Of a stretch of DNA of 64,000 nucleotides, positions 50,112 through 60,337 are shown in pieces. The notes below the pieces were generated by a model, which was not told where the DNA came from, did no database searches, and worked only from the letters and a program-made list of their open reading frames with translations. Origin of the DNA: an uncultured virus (IMG/VR IMGVR_UViG_3300035183_001042) (lineage: Duplodnaviria > Heunggongvirae > Uroviricota > Caudoviricetes); the IMG/VR virus record IMGVR_UViG_3300035183_001042; one strand, given 5' to 3'. Within the stretch, counting starts at the first letter, position 1; each line of letters starts with the position of its first letter. Position numbers and translations under genes: made by a program.

Positions 50112-50279
50112 ATGAGCGAGAAGCAAGATAACCCTCATTGGACAGAGCATTTGATCGACACCGTAGCGGAAGACGTGCTGTGTCAGCTGGAGCAAGAGAC
50201 GAAGGACGCAAGGGGATGGGATCTCGCGGACCGACAGGATGTCGCCGTACGCAGAAGCAGTGAGGGGTTCGCGTGGTGA
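50112..50279 (+). CDS. small hypothetical protein
   Basis: MSEKQDNPHWTEHLIDTVAEDVL...; stop overlaps the next GTG. Confidence 0.45.
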   Translation: MSEKQDNPHWTEHLIDTVAEDVLCQLEQETKDARGWDLADRQDVAVRRSSEGFAW

Positions 50280-50671
50280 GCGAGTCAAAGGGAGTCAAGT
50301 CGGCGGAGGAGACTCTCTTCGAGAGCGGCGATTCACGCGCTTGCTGGAAGATGGCTTCTGAGGTTTTGCTCGCGACGGAGTCTCCGATGAGCGATGCGGT
50401 GTCGGTCATGCTTCGCGCAGCAGAGCTGGTGTTCGAGTCGCTTGGACGGTATCCATCTGAGATGTACTTCGTGTGCGGCCGAGGACTGGTGGTGTGGCGG
50501 ATCGGCCATCGCGACCTCGTTCTCGAGACCGATTGGAGCGGTGCTGCGCTCTGGACGTTGAGCCAAGGAGCAGGCTTTGGGTACCGTGATCGTGACGGAG
50601 CCGGTCTCGGCAAGAGCTTCCATGAGTGTCTTCTGGAGATTCGCTCTGCGCTTGAGCGATCCTTGAGCTGA
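50276..50671 (+). CDS. hypothetical protein
   Basis: Protein-like ORF of about 130 aa, coupled to the upstream ORF. Confidence 0.55.
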   Translation: MSESKGVKSAEETLFESGDSRACWKMASEVLLATESPMSDAVSVMLRAAELVFESLGRYPSEMYFVCGRGLVVWRIGHRDLVLETDWSGAALWTLSQGAGFGYRDRDGAGLGKSFHECLLEIRSALERSLS

Positions 50672-50708
50672 ATTTGCGGTTTTCGCACAGAAGGATGAGT
50701 CTCTGCGT

Positions 50709-51005
50709 ATGCGAAAAATGCTGATGCTGCTTGTCGCAGTGATGGGATACGGCGCCACTTGTTTCGGGCTCGAAGAGAGTTCCAACTGCGAGCCGGGACA
50801 GACGCGTTGTCACGACGGTCGCCCAGAGGTTTGCTCGTTCGGCGCGCAGAACGATCGCCGCTGGACGCCTTCGAGCAGCGTCTGCTCGAGCCGGGGCGAC
50901 TTCCGGTGCTGCTTGAACGTCGGGTACGACGATCGTCTCAGGCACACATGCGCGCCCGCTTCTGCGTGTATCAGCGAGGATCTCGACGGGGGTGTGGATC
51001 AATGA
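50709..51005 (+). CDS. small secreted Cys-rich protein
   Basis: Signal peptide MRKMLMLLVAVMG; CEPGQTRC...EVC pattern. Confidence 0.7.
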   Translation: MRKMLMLLVAVMGYGATCFGLEESSNCEPGQTRCHDGRPEVCSFGAQNDRRWTPSSSVCSSRGDFRCCLNVGYDDRLRHTCAPASACISEDLDGGVDQ

Positions 51006-51610
51006 TCTCTTCAGAGAACAGCGACGCTTGCCTTGAGCATGTTCGAAAGATCGTGGGGGCGACGATCCTTCGAGAGAAGTCGCTTATCGACATTGGCTTC
51101 GTGAAGCACTTCCTCGCTGTGCTTCGATCGCTTGGAGTCGCCATCCCGAGCGACGAAGAGTTTCTCGAGCTCCAGACCACGACGATCGGGCCGATGCTGT
51201 ACATCCCCGACGGCCTGCCTGCGGAGCGTAGGCTGTTCGTTGGGATCCACGGACTCGAGCACGCATCGCAGTTCCACAAGGGCGAGTACGAAGACAAGGT
51301 CGGCATCCGCGAGGGACTGGCGATGGCTTTTCTGTACTTCACCCAAGGACAGGCTCGGGTACGCCTTGAGCAGCGTGCCAACCGGGCCGCATGGGAGGTC
51401 TTGCACATCGGCTTGGGAGTGAGGCTACCGACGACTGAGGAAGCGTGCTCGTTCTTGGAGACAGGCTATGTCCTTTCAGAGAACGACCGAAAGCTCTCGA
51501 AGGAGCTCGCAGCGCAGTGGCTTACGGAGGTGAAGTACAACATTGCCGACACCACTGCCGGTCGCGCCGGAATCGAGTTCTTGAAGAGCGCCGGTATCGC
51601 GACATGTTAG
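51002..51610 (+). CDS. zinc-metallopeptidase-like protein with a degenerate HExxH motif
   Basis: TTTIGPMLYIP...IHGLEHASQF...RLEQRA; ATGA overlap with the upstream gene. Confidence 0.55.
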   Translation: MISSENSDACLEHVRKIVGATILREKSLIDIGFVKHFLAVLRSLGVAIPSDEEFLELQTTTIGPMLYIPDGLPAERRLFVGIHGLEHASQFHKGEYEDKVGIREGLAMAFLYFTQGQARVRLEQRANRAAWEVLHIGLGVRLPTTEEACSFLETGYVLSENDRKLSKELAAQWLTEVKYNIADTTAGRAGIEFLKSAGIATC

Positions 51611-51879
51611 GTCGCGGTCTTCTTCGCCGGTAGCTTTCCGCCTGGCGGAACGAGCGCCGACATCTCGCCAGAGATGCTCCGCCTGGCCTCGCGCACAGCA
51701 CGGTTGAGCTTGTCGCTCGACTTGTCGACGAGGTGCGCTGCCGCTTCGAACCGTGAGATCGAGAGGTCGACCAGACTCCTCATGTCCCGGTCGATGGTCT
51801 TTGCGCTCGTAACCGCAGGAATTCCACCAGATGCAGATGTGTTGGCGTCGATGTGGTTCTTGTTTGATGACTTAGGCAT
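51607..51879 (-). CDS. small hypothetical protein
   Basis: GGAGA RBS; directly follows the 51883 gene. Confidence 0.55.
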   Translation of the reverse strand: MPKSSNKNHIDANTSASGGIPAVTSAKTIDRDMRSLVDLSISRFEAAAHLVDKSSDKLNRAVREARRSISGEMSALVPPGGKLPAKKTAT

Positions 51880-51882
51880 GGA

Positions 51883-52338
51883 TCATCTCCGTCGGCTCGA
51901 GAGTTCTGCTCTCAGACTCTCCACCTGTTCTCGGAGATTATCAAGCATGCCTGCGGTCGTCTCCTGCGCGTTTGCTGTCTCCGCTAGGATATGAATTTGC
52001 TTCTCTGACTGACTGAGAAGCAACTCGCGGACCGTCTGATAATCCTTGAGCCTCGCTTCGTTCAGCATGGAGATCTCTGTGTCCTTCTGTTTCTGAAGCT
52101 GCCTGATCTCTTCGTCCTTCTGCTCTCTCAGACGATTGATCTGTTCGTCTTTTTCGGCGCGGACCTTCCTGAGTTCTTCCGCGTTACGCTGGTATCGCTC
52201 CTCCATCTCTCTCGCTTGTCTTTCGTGAATAGCCTTTGCCTCCTTCTGCTCCCGCAGGAAGTAGAAGACAACGAGTACGAGCATGGCTCCTGGCAAACCT
52301 CCAGCAGCTATGATTTTCTGTACGATTTGCTCGATCAC
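51883..52338 (-). CDS. N-terminal TM plus coiled-coil protein (holin-like)
   Basis: GGLPGAMLVLVVFYFL followed by heptads. Confidence 0.65.
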   Translation of the reverse strand: MIEQIVQKIIAAGGLPGAMLVLVVFYFLREQKEAKAIHERQAREMEERYQRNAEELRKVRAEKDEQINRLREQKDEEIRQLQKQKDTEISMLNEARLKDYQTVRELLLSQSEKQIHILAETANAQETTAGMLDNLREQVESLRAELSSRRR

Positions 52339-52600
52339 GTGGCGCCTCGCTTCGCGTCGGTTGAAGACGTCGAAACAAGTATCTTACTGATATCTTTACA
52401 GTTTTCCAGTGTTGGCGGACACGGACTATCCACTTTGTTCCCACAAGAAAGGGAGCCATCGATCGCACTGATCGCACTGTCGCATGACCAGTGCGCATAG
52501 ACGGAATACTACAAAGGAAAGAATCTGTCTCCAAGACAGACCCTTCCTGCCGCCCCCCAGCGGACAGCTTGTCTACCCCATCTAGACGGCGTCGGTCGAA

Positions 52601-53851
52601 TCAGACAGCGTTGCGGTCTGCGCCGGCGATGAGGTCGGAGTACTCGCGATCGGGAATCTTCAGCTTGTCCTCGCGGATGGAAGTGATCACCTGCGAGCGG
52701 ATGTTTCTCGAGTATGTCGAGATCGCCGGGCTCCTCGCGAGGTAGCACGCTGCCGTGAGGGCACGGGCCGATCCCTCTGCGCCGTTCTCGATGAGCCAGA
52801 CCAGCGTCTGCAGCAGGCTGTTCCCATCCCACTCCGGCTCTGGCGCAGACTGTACCACCAGCTCGATCACGAGCGCGACGAAGCGGAGCAGTTGCTTCGA
52901 GACCATCATCGGGTGCTGCTTGGTCTCATCGTTGAAACCAAGAAGAGCGTTCCACGGCTTCGCGACAATGTCTTTGTGTTCGTCCCCCTCCGAGCGAAGC
53001 GAGATCGACCAGGCAATGAACTCGCTTGCGAGTGCGCGTGCCTTGAGGTCGAGCGTGTATCCTGAGAGCCTTGAGAGATCGACGCTCGACAGATACTCTC
53101 GCCACTGCTCCGCGCTTTTGGGACCGTCGACAGAGGGCGTTGCCGCACGAACGGCTGCAGCGTCGGTATCACTGGTCACATCACCTGCTGGTGCCGATGG
53201 ATATCGACTTGAGAGCAGCTTCTTCACCTCCGCTTGCGCGCTGCCGAGGATGATGCTGATTCGACGAGCTTGCTCGGCGGAGATCCCTTCGTCGCCGACG
53301 TTCGCGAACTGATCCGCACACAGCGCCATCGAACTCATCATCGTGGCGATCAGCGGCAGCGCGTTCGGCAGCGACGCGTCCCTGAATGACTCGAACGAGA
53401 GGTTCGCCATCGCCAGCACCTTCGTCAGCGTAGCCGGTGCCACCTCGAGACGAGCAGCGAACTCGACGAGCGTGATGTCTCGTCGAATCACCTCGCTCAT
53501 CATCGAGAGCGTCGCCTGCGGGTTCGCCATCATCGAATGCACGAGCTTGCTGAGCTTCGTCGACGGATTTCCGGCACTCTTCTTCGGCTCAGGAGCGTTG
53601 CCCTTGTTCTCTGTGTATCCGCGGAGTGCGTGACCCTCGAGCCGTCCGATCTGCTCGAGTACTTTCCTGCTCGCCTTGCCAGAAGCCTCCTTGGCAGCGA
53701 GGATCTTCCCCCGCTGATACTCTCCGCGCTCCTCGACGATCTTCTTCAGCTTCGGGTTTTTCCCGAGCCGGATCTTGTCTCCGCGGTCGAGGCGATCCGC
53801 AGCGAATCGCTTCGCGAGTTCGTTGATCAACTCATCGCTGTATTCTGCCAT
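52601..53851 (-). CDS. hypothetical protein with HTH-like segment
   Basis: 416 aa; TLVEFAARLEVAPATLTKVL. Confidence 0.7.
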   Translation of the reverse strand: MAEYSDELINELAKRFAADRLDRGDKIRLGKNPKLKKIVEERGEYQRGKILAAKEASGKASRKVLEQIGRLEGHALRGYTENKGNAPEPKKSAGNPSTKLSKLVHSMMANPQATLSMMSEVIRRDITLVEFAARLEVAPATLTKVLAMANLSFESFRDASLPNALPLIATMMSSMALCADQFANVGDEGISAEQARRISIILGSAQAEVKKLLSSRYPSAPAGDVTSDTDAAAVRAATPSVDGPKSAEQWREYLSSVDLSRLSGYTLDLKARALASEFIAWSISLRSEGDEHKDIVAKPWNALLGFNDETKQHPMMVSKQLLRFVALVIELVVQSAPEPEWDGNSLLQTLVWLIENGAEGSARALTAACYLARSPAISTYSRNIRSQVITSIREDKLKIPDREYSDLIAGADRNAV

Positions 53852-53914
53852 GTTTCGATTGAAGCCTTTCCGACGACTGGGATAGATTGCCTCAAGATAG
53901 ACGTCAACAAGTCT

Positions 53915-54187
53915 TCACTCGATCTCGTCCTTCCTGACAAACCACCATCCCATTCTGACAACTTGAGCTCCATCTTGCTGAGTCTTGGACGCGCCGAGCT
54001 CTTTGAGGTTGGAGATGGCTCGCTTCTTCGTCTTGGCGACAACGCCCACGATGACGCCGTCCCTCAAGAGCGTGAACCTGGCGTTTTCGACGGTGCTCTT
54101 CTCTGCGCTCTTCAGCGGGATCACTGCGTACGCTCCGGTCTTCAGCATGATGGGCATCCACGCCTCTGGCTTGAACTTCTTCTTCAT
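53915..54187 (-). CDS. small basic hypothetical protein
   Basis: TGC-TACGAT 5 nt before MKKKFKP. Confidence 0.55.
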   Translation of the reverse strand: MKKKFKPEAWMPIMLKTGAYAVIPLKSAEKSTVENARFTLLRDGVIVGVVAKTKKRAISNLKELGASKTQQDGAQVVRMGWWFVRKDEIE

Positions 54188-54249
54188 AGCCAATCGTAGC
54201 AAGCTATTCTGTGTCGGTGTGAAACTTTGCGTGGTAAGATCACTCAGCC

Positions 54250-55209
54250 ATGACCGACTACTGTTCCGGACTCCCACGCAGGTACGCGCTCAACAAGCTT
54301 CCGGAGATGCTTCGCCGATGGCAGAGCGAGCAAGGCAGAGTAGCCGAGGTCTGCTCGATGAGCGAAGAGGGTTTTTTGGGGGTTCCGCCGGCAATGCTGG
54401 TCGCGCTCAGCGCCAACTCTACTGGTGCGACAGAAGCGATCACATCCGCCGGTTTTTGGGAGATGGGACTATACAACGTTCCAGGCGGATCACCCTCGCA
54501 GGAGCCTCCCGTCCCAGGATCTGCGTACTATCGAATCGCGTTGGGAGAGTCGGTGCGATCTTTGATCGGAAGAAGCGCAGATGTCGGACGCGGTCGATCT
54601 GGAGACTGGTCGAGGGACATCGCGGGACAGACTGCCGTCGGCATCGTCAACTACAGACTCGATGGACAGTCAATGCGTTCGTTGATCGCCCCAGATCTTC
54701 GACCGACGATCCGTGGAGGCACTTGGGATGTGGCTCTTGCGATCTTCGGGTATGTGGAGAGCTCTGGCGCGGCGCGCGCGATTCGTCTGTTCGAAGAGCA
54801 GCTTCGACGCACTCCGGAGGAGCAGCGATTTGCAACACTCTGCGCGCTGGTCGCCAACCGGTTCGAGGAGCAAGGACAGACGGAGCGCTCCATTGGCTAT
54901 CCTCTTGTCCGGGCGATGCAGAGGATGGCTTGCGGGCGTGCGCTCGCCGAGCACCTCGGTCAGAGCACGGAGTGGTGGCCTTCGTTTGGCGCTTCTGAAG
55001 CAACGATCGAGCACTGGCTTACGCTTTCTCGGTACGGTGCCCCCTCGGGATGCGACGCGCAGCTCGGCCCCGCGATCAGCGACATCGATCCACTTGGGCC
55101 TCTGCAGCCAAAGAGCCATGCGATCGGCGTGGGGATCGCTGTCGGAGTGACCGCAGCTGTCGCGCTCGCGCTTGTAGGCGGCTTCGTTTGGTACCGAAAG
55201 TCGCGCTGA
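54250..55209 (+). CDS. possible lysozyme/transglycosylase-like protein with C-terminal membrane anchor
   Basis: WEMGLYNV motif; ends IGVGIAVGVTAAVALALVGGFVWYRKSR. Confidence 0.5.
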   Translation: MTDYCSGLPRRYALNKLPEMLRRWQSEQGRVAEVCSMSEEGFLGVPPAMLVALSANSTGATEAITSAGFWEMGLYNVPGGSPSQEPPVPGSAYYRIALGESVRSLIGRSADVGRGRSGDWSRDIAGQTAVGIVNYRLDGQSMRSLIAPDLRPTIRGGTWDVALAIFGYVESSGAARAIRLFEEQLRRTPEEQRFATLCALVANRFEEQGQTERSIGYPLVRAMQRMACGRALAEHLGQSTEWWPSFGASEATIEHWLTLSRYGAPSGCDAQLGPAISDIDPLGPLQPKSHAIGVGIAVGVTAAVALALVGGFVWYRKSR

Positions 55210-55598
55210 AGCATCTTCGTTGACTTGTGAACCGCATCGGTTCATCTTGGCGCAGTCAAGAGATGCAGACCTCGCTGGTGCCAAAGAAAAAACAGCCAAT
55301 CTCCTCACCGAAGTCGCTGTACAACAAGCACGGCGAGGCCTGATGCTGAGGCTATTCTGTCGCCAGACGAATTCACTGCGCGCGGCGTGCTGGCTCGTAC
55401 GGAGCGGTCTTTTATGGCTAATCTGACGGGTCTTTTTCTCGTAAACGAGATTGATCATTGGAACAAGCTCGCATAGCGCGCTCGACTGGGTGAGACATCT
55501 CGCTTCAGTCTCCGTCATTCAGATAGATGAGCTGTTAAACGTCTAGTATGATGCGATGATCTAGAATATCTCCTCTCCGACATAGGCAAGGTGATAAC

Positions 55599-56345
55599 GT
55601 GAGACTGAGCGAAATCGACAGCGTGCTCATCGATAGCGTCGACAAGATCCTGTCGAGGGAAGTTGTTGGCGAGTGGCGAGAGATGCTCGCGGAGAGTCGA
55701 GACTTGTCTCGTCGATCGATCGTGCAGCTGAGGGAGCTGTACGACTTCTATGGGGACGAGAGCGGATGGAGCCATTTTCGACGATCTTTTTTGAACAACA
55801 TCGGGCAGTGGCACTTGGGCCGCTTGCTCGTGTACGAGGAGTCTCCGTTCGACTCCCTGAATTTGCTCTGGCTGATCTCTCCAGACCTGTTCGTGTACAT
55901 CTGCTGCGGAGTGCTCTTTGAGTTTTTCTCATTTGACTCGAGCTATTCGAGCGGTCGAGATCGTATGTGGTTGATCATGATGGCGTCGTCTGGTTTGGAC
56001 GCTAGCGCTAGAGATGCCGCACGAGAACTGTACGATGGCTGCGAATACTCGGACGTGCTCGACTTTCGCCTTGGGCAAAGCGACATCGCCTCCACGGAGT
56101 GGAGGCAGCTTGAGTACGCCCTGCTCGAAACCATGTTCATGCGACCGATCTGCTCGGTCCAGATCTCCATCGGAGATGTCGAGGAAACCATCGTGTACAA
56201 TATGGCCCTTGATGATCTTCGGACAGTTATGCGCTATGATGACGGATCAAAATCTCCTCTCGATGGACGGTTTCATGTCTTCGTGAGAGACATGCTGAAC
56301 AACTTCGAGAACGGTATCTTTTACAAGAGCAAAATGAGGCGCTGA
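55599..56345 (+). CDS. hypothetical protein, possibly a distant Imm5-like paralog
   Basis: 248-aa ORF; LNLLWLISPDLFVYICCGVL resembles TMSAWSPKLAVLLACVC. Confidence 0.6.
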   Translation: MRLSEIDSVLIDSVDKILSREVVGEWREMLAESRDLSRRSIVQLRELYDFYGDESGWSHFRRSFLNNIGQWHLGRLLVYEESPFDSLNLLWLISPDLFVYICCGVLFEFFSFDSSYSSGRDRMWLIMMASSGLDASARDAARELYDGCEYSDVLDFRLGQSDIASTEWRQLEYALLETMFMRPICSVQISIGDVEETIVYNMALDDLRTVMRYDDGSKSPLDGRFHVFVRDMLNNFENGIFYKSKMRR

Positions 56346-58652
56346 ATGATCCTCGATGCGGGCTACGACCGAGGTCTTCTTGTGTTCGTCGCGATCCCAG
56401 GGTCTGAGGCTGACTTCGACGCGATCGCCTCGATGGGCGGAGGGTGGCGGTGGCATAATAGAGGACGATGCGGTAGCGGCTCGTGCCATGTTTGCCGGAT
56501 CACTGACGATGGCTGTTACTGGACACACGATATCAAGGACGCAACGCGCATTGGAGGGCCAGGCGTAAGGACGCAGCGCGCATCATCGGCGCTCAAGCGG
56601 AGTTTGTCGGGGCTGCCGTTCCGTATCGAGTGGGTTGCGAGTCACAAGGTTTTCCGCGCTTCAGGACAGTACGGGCTGCTCGCTGACGCGCTTTGCCGCG
56701 TTGGCGGATGGAGATGGCATCCGAGCACATGCACCGAGAGGTGCTCTGATCCATGCTCGATGCGGGGGTTGAAGGGTTGGTGGACTCGGTCGCTGCGGGC
56801 GGTGATCGCGTTGAGGGACGCGTGCGACGAGACCGCGCTCACCGAACTTGAGCGGCAGAGTTCGTCGATTGAGAACTCGCGCGCAGATGACGCGGAGATC
56901 GATGTTTGTCTTGCGCCAGGGATGGAGTTGCGTCCCTATCAGCGAGCTGGCGTTCGCTGGGCGCTCAGCATGGATCGTTGCTTGATCGCAGACGATCCAG
57001 GGCTTGGCAAGACACCGCAAGCGATCGCCGCGACCATCGGCACACCTTGGGCAAAGCGCGTACTTGTGATCTGTCCTGCGAGCGTAGCTACGAATTGGTG
57101 TGACGAGATCAAACGATGGTCTCCCGATAAGCATCGCGTGGTACTCGCTTGCGGCAAGGTCAACGAGAAGAAGCTTGAGAAGGAGAACGCGTTCGTTTCT
57201 GCAGACGGAGAAGAGCGACTGTGGATTGTCACTTCGTTCGAGGGTGTTCGCTCGGTGATCGGCAAGAGGCCTGGCTACGTCGGTCGAAAGATCGCCTCAT
57301 TGACACCGTTCGACATGGTGATCGTCGACGAGGTCCATCGTATCGGCAGCCCGTCCAGTCTTCAGACGAAGTCGTGTGTCGCTCAGGTGATGAGGGCCAA
57401 GAAGTCGATCTTCCTCACAGGGACTCCGCTGCCAAATAACATCTTGGATATGCAGCCGATCTTAGGCTGCATCGATCCGATCGTCTTCGAGGCGAGGTCT
57501 TTTGCGCTGCGTTATTGCGCGTGGGAATCGAACAACTTCGGTTCTGTCCCGAAGGGCCTTCGTGAAGATCGAGCCGCAGAACTGCAGGATCTGCTTCGTG
57601 CGAACGGGATGCTTCGCAGGACGAAGGCAGACGTGCTCAAGGAGTTGCCTCCGAAGGTCTACAGGACGCAGGTGTTTGCGCCTAACAAGAAGCAGCGATC
57701 GCTTTTGCCAAAGCCAAAGCAGATCGAGATGGCGCTCGCGAACGACGAAGTCGCACGAGCGATGGCAGAGCGCGAGCAGGCCGAGCGTAGCGGAGATGCT
57801 CGTGCGATGCTTGCTGCGATCGCGAAGGAGATCGATGCCACGGGAGCTTCGTTCGAGACGATCTCGAGAGATCGAGTAGCGTCTGGCATCTCAATGGTCA
57901 AGGACGCGCTCGCCTACATCGTCAGTCGCGCACAGGGCAAGAGGAAGGCGATCGTCTTCGCATGGCATCGAGAGGTGACCGAATCGCTCTACGCTGGGCT
58001 TGGGGGCGCGAGTAGCGCCGTGCTCCTGCTCGGCGGGCAAGATCCGAAGCTTCGAGCGCAGTACGTGCAACGATTCCAGACCGACCCATCGGTGCAGTTC
58101 GCTGTTACATCGATCGGGTCGAGCGCAGAAGGGATCACGCTGACTGCCTCTAGCTTGGTTATCTTTGTGGAGTTCCCATGGACGAGCGTGAAGCTCACAC
58201 AGGCTGAAGATCTGGCACATCGGCTGACGCAGAAGGAGACAATCGAGATCGACTACCTCGTGGTGGAGGGGTCACCGGACGCGTACATGGCGTCTCTGAT
58301 CGCAAAGAAAGCGAAGTATGCCGCTCTGGCGCTCGACGAGAAGACTGACTTCGCGACGCCTCTCGATCTAGGGTTCCAGGTCACTCCGCAGGCTTTTGTT
58401 CCTCACTCTGGTCAAGGATGGACGCCATCTAGCAAGCGCTCAAGGCTCTCGACGCAGGCGCCGTCGGTTGTTGTGCAGAGTCAGATCGAGGCTCTTCGGT
58501 CGACGAAGATCGATCACTGGTACGACGCCGCGGTGAAAGAGGCGCTCTTGGATATACCTCCGAACCAATGGACGGTAGATCTGCTCGATCTCTCAAGCAG
58601 ACTCACGAAAGGATCAGCGGAGATGGTCCGCTTACAGAAGGAGCACAAGTGA
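56346..58652 (+). CDS. SNF2/HARP-like SF2 helicase
   Basis: LRPYQ, ADDPGLGKT, DEVH, LTGTP, LRRTK, EGITLT, QAEDLAHR. Confidence 0.93.
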   Translation: MILDAGYDRGLLVFVAIPGSEADFDAIASMGGGWRWHNRGRCGSGSCHVCRITDDGCYWTHDIKDATRIGGPGVRTQRASSALKRSLSGLPFRIEWVASHKVFRASGQYGLLADALCRVGGWRWHPSTCTERCSDPCSMRGLKGWWTRSLRAVIALRDACDETALTELERQSSSIENSRADDAEIDVCLAPGMELRPYQRAGVRWALSMDRCLIADDPGLGKTPQAIAATIGTPWAKRVLVICPASVATNWCDEIKRWSPDKHRVVLACGKVNEKKLEKENAFVSADGEERLWIVTSFEGVRSVIGKRPGYVGRKIASLTPFDMVIVDEVHRIGSPSSLQTKSCVAQVMRAKKSIFLTGTPLPNNILDMQPILGCIDPIVFEARSFALRYCAWESNNFGSVPKGLREDRAAELQDLLRANGMLRRTKADVLKELPPKVYRTQVFAPNKKQRSLLPKPKQIEMALANDEVARAMAEREQAERSGDARAMLAAIAKEIDATGASFETISRDRVASGISMVKDALAYIVSRAQGKRKAIVFAWHREVTESLYAGLGGASSAVLLLGGQDPKLRAQYVQRFQTDPSVQFAVTSIGSSAEGITLTASSLVIFVEFPWTSVKLTQAEDLAHRLTQKETIEIDYLVVEGSPDAYMASLIAKKAKYAALALDEKTDFATPLDLGFQVTPQAFVPHSGQGWTPSSKRSRLSTQAPSVVVQSQIEALRSTKIDHWYDAAVKEALLDIPPNQWTVDLLDLSSRLTKGSAEMVRLQKEHK

Positions 58653-58873
58653 AGGCAATCATTGAACTAGACCCCAAAGAAGCGAAGGCGTTGTTGTCCT
58701 TGGTCAAGTCGGATGGCATGGGAATGTCTCCCAAGCGTCTGTCGGAAGCACTGAAGCGAAAACTGCAGGACCTTCTTGAGCCGTCCGCAGCGGAGGCCGA
58801 GCCGCCTGTCCCGACTGGCGCCAGGGCGAACACGGGAATGATGCGTCGGCGTCTGAGCAGGAGTGGCGGCTGA
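58649..58873 (+). CDS. small hypothetical protein
   Basis: AAGGAG RBS; GTGA overlap with the helicase stop. Confidence 0.55.
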   Translation: MKAIIELDPKEAKALLSLVKSDGMGMSPKRLSEALKRKLQDLLEPSAAEAEPPVPTGARANTGMMRRRLSRSGG

Positions 58874-59975
58874 AGTTGCTTCTGCTCAGGCGTTCGTCGA
58901 CACTTCTTTCATCGTGAGCGACATCGATCTGTACAAAGAACGCGCAGTGAAGGTTCTCAAGGTCGGCGGACCACCTGCGCTCACCGCTGCGGCAGCAGGC
59001 ATTGTGACCTCTCTAGCCCCATCAAGACCAGAGATATCTCTTGGCCTTGCCAGCATCTCGGCAGTTGGAGCTATCCTCGCCGGCGTGACGGGCCATTGGA
59101 CGGTCGCTTCTCACCTCGCGGCCGGTAGCGTTGGCATCGGGGTGGGAGCAGCGATCTCAAGCGCTAGAAAGTTCGCTTCTTTGCCTCCTTGGCCTGCGAC
59201 CCGTGGGGCAGCGCTGATCCTTTGGGGTGAGCTCGAGACGAGACTCAGAGAGCTCGACACGGTCCTCGCGCAAGTGCAGCCGCAGATCGTGATTGTCCAC
59301 GGCAACGACGGGCTGAACGCGGACTGGGCGTCGCGAGTCCGCTCGATCGTGCCCAATGCTCGGTACTGGACTGAGCAATGGGTGAACGGCGTGTACGATA
59401 CTCAGCCTGCTCTGCGACGAGCGCTCCACGCAATGGACGTACTCGGTGCGGAGGCTGCGGTGTGGAACGCTGAGCGGCCGATGAAGGACACAGGACTCGA
59501 GGGTCGGCGCGCAACGCAGCGGATGCTCGAGGAATGGACTCGCTCTACAGGTCTTCCTCAGGGGTTCACATCTTACGCTCAGCCATCGTCGCATCGGTCT
59601 TTTCCTTGGGCAGCGTTCGGAGGTGGTCGGGACTCGTATGGCTCATTCGACTTGGCGTGCGACTTCTCGCTCCCACAGGTATATCCGTTCGGCGACGAGA
59701 TGCGCTCTGGCACTGCCCCTCCAGGCGCGCTCACGAGGCTGATGGCCACTTACGAGTCGAAGTGGGCGGAGGCGGTTGCTTCAGGGCTGATTCGGTCGAG
59801 CGTTCGCTGCGGGCCGATGATTCCTGGGGCGCATCTGGAACAGTCCGACATCGAGTCCGCGATCATGACTGCGAATCGATCGACGCTTCAGTGCGTTGCG
59901 GTCTGGCCATGGCACGGAGACATCGACGCTGCGTGCGCCGCTGCGATCAGCCGATTCGCAGAGAGGTTCCGATGA
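58863..59975 (+). CDS. membrane-anchored protein with putative glycoside-hydrolase-like TIM barrel
   Basis: Three hydrophobic helices, then WNAE, GFTSY, FPW and LPQVY motifs. Confidence 0.55.
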   Translation: MAAEVASAQAFVDTSFIVSDIDLYKERAVKVLKVGGPPALTAAAAGIVTSLAPSRPEISLGLASISAVGAILAGVTGHWTVASHLAAGSVGIGVGAAISSARKFASLPPWPATRGAALILWGELETRLRELDTVLAQVQPQIVIVHGNDGLNADWASRVRSIVPNARYWTEQWVNGVYDTQPALRRALHAMDVLGAEAAVWNAERPMKDTGLEGRRATQRMLEEWTRSTGLPQGFTSYAQPSSHRSFPWAAFGGGRDSYGSFDLACDFSLPQVYPFGDEMRSGTAPPGALTRLMATYESKWAEAVASGLIRSSVRCGPMIPGAHLEQSDIESAIMTANRSTLQCVAVWPWHGDIDAACAAAISRFAERFR

Positions 59976-60337
59976 GCGAGCAGAGAACCGAGTTGAGCAT
60001 GAACCACGCATTGCTCGACTGGAGACTGTTGATGGTGCTTCGTGGATCTGCTCAAGTACAAGGACCTCGCGACCGGGTGCTGCGTAGTTGAAGCCGATCC
60101 AGCGTACAGCCCGCAAACGTACGCCGTGTGAGGCGTGGTCGAGCAGTGGCGGCTCGAGATGATCGAGCCGCAAGGCCTGTCGGCGCAAGAGGCGAACAAG
60201 TGCACCAAACGCTCTCTGTCGGGCGTTCCTCTGGAACTGCCTCGCGAGGACAAAGTGCTTGTATAGACACAAAGAGTGGCCACACCTGCCGTGAATTTCT
60301 GTTGACTCACGAGATTACGCTCGGTAGGTTCAGCTCC

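Noticed and set aside
55210..55598. Decayed gene in the intergenic gap
   Set aside because: Too many stops in every frame to reconstruct with confidence
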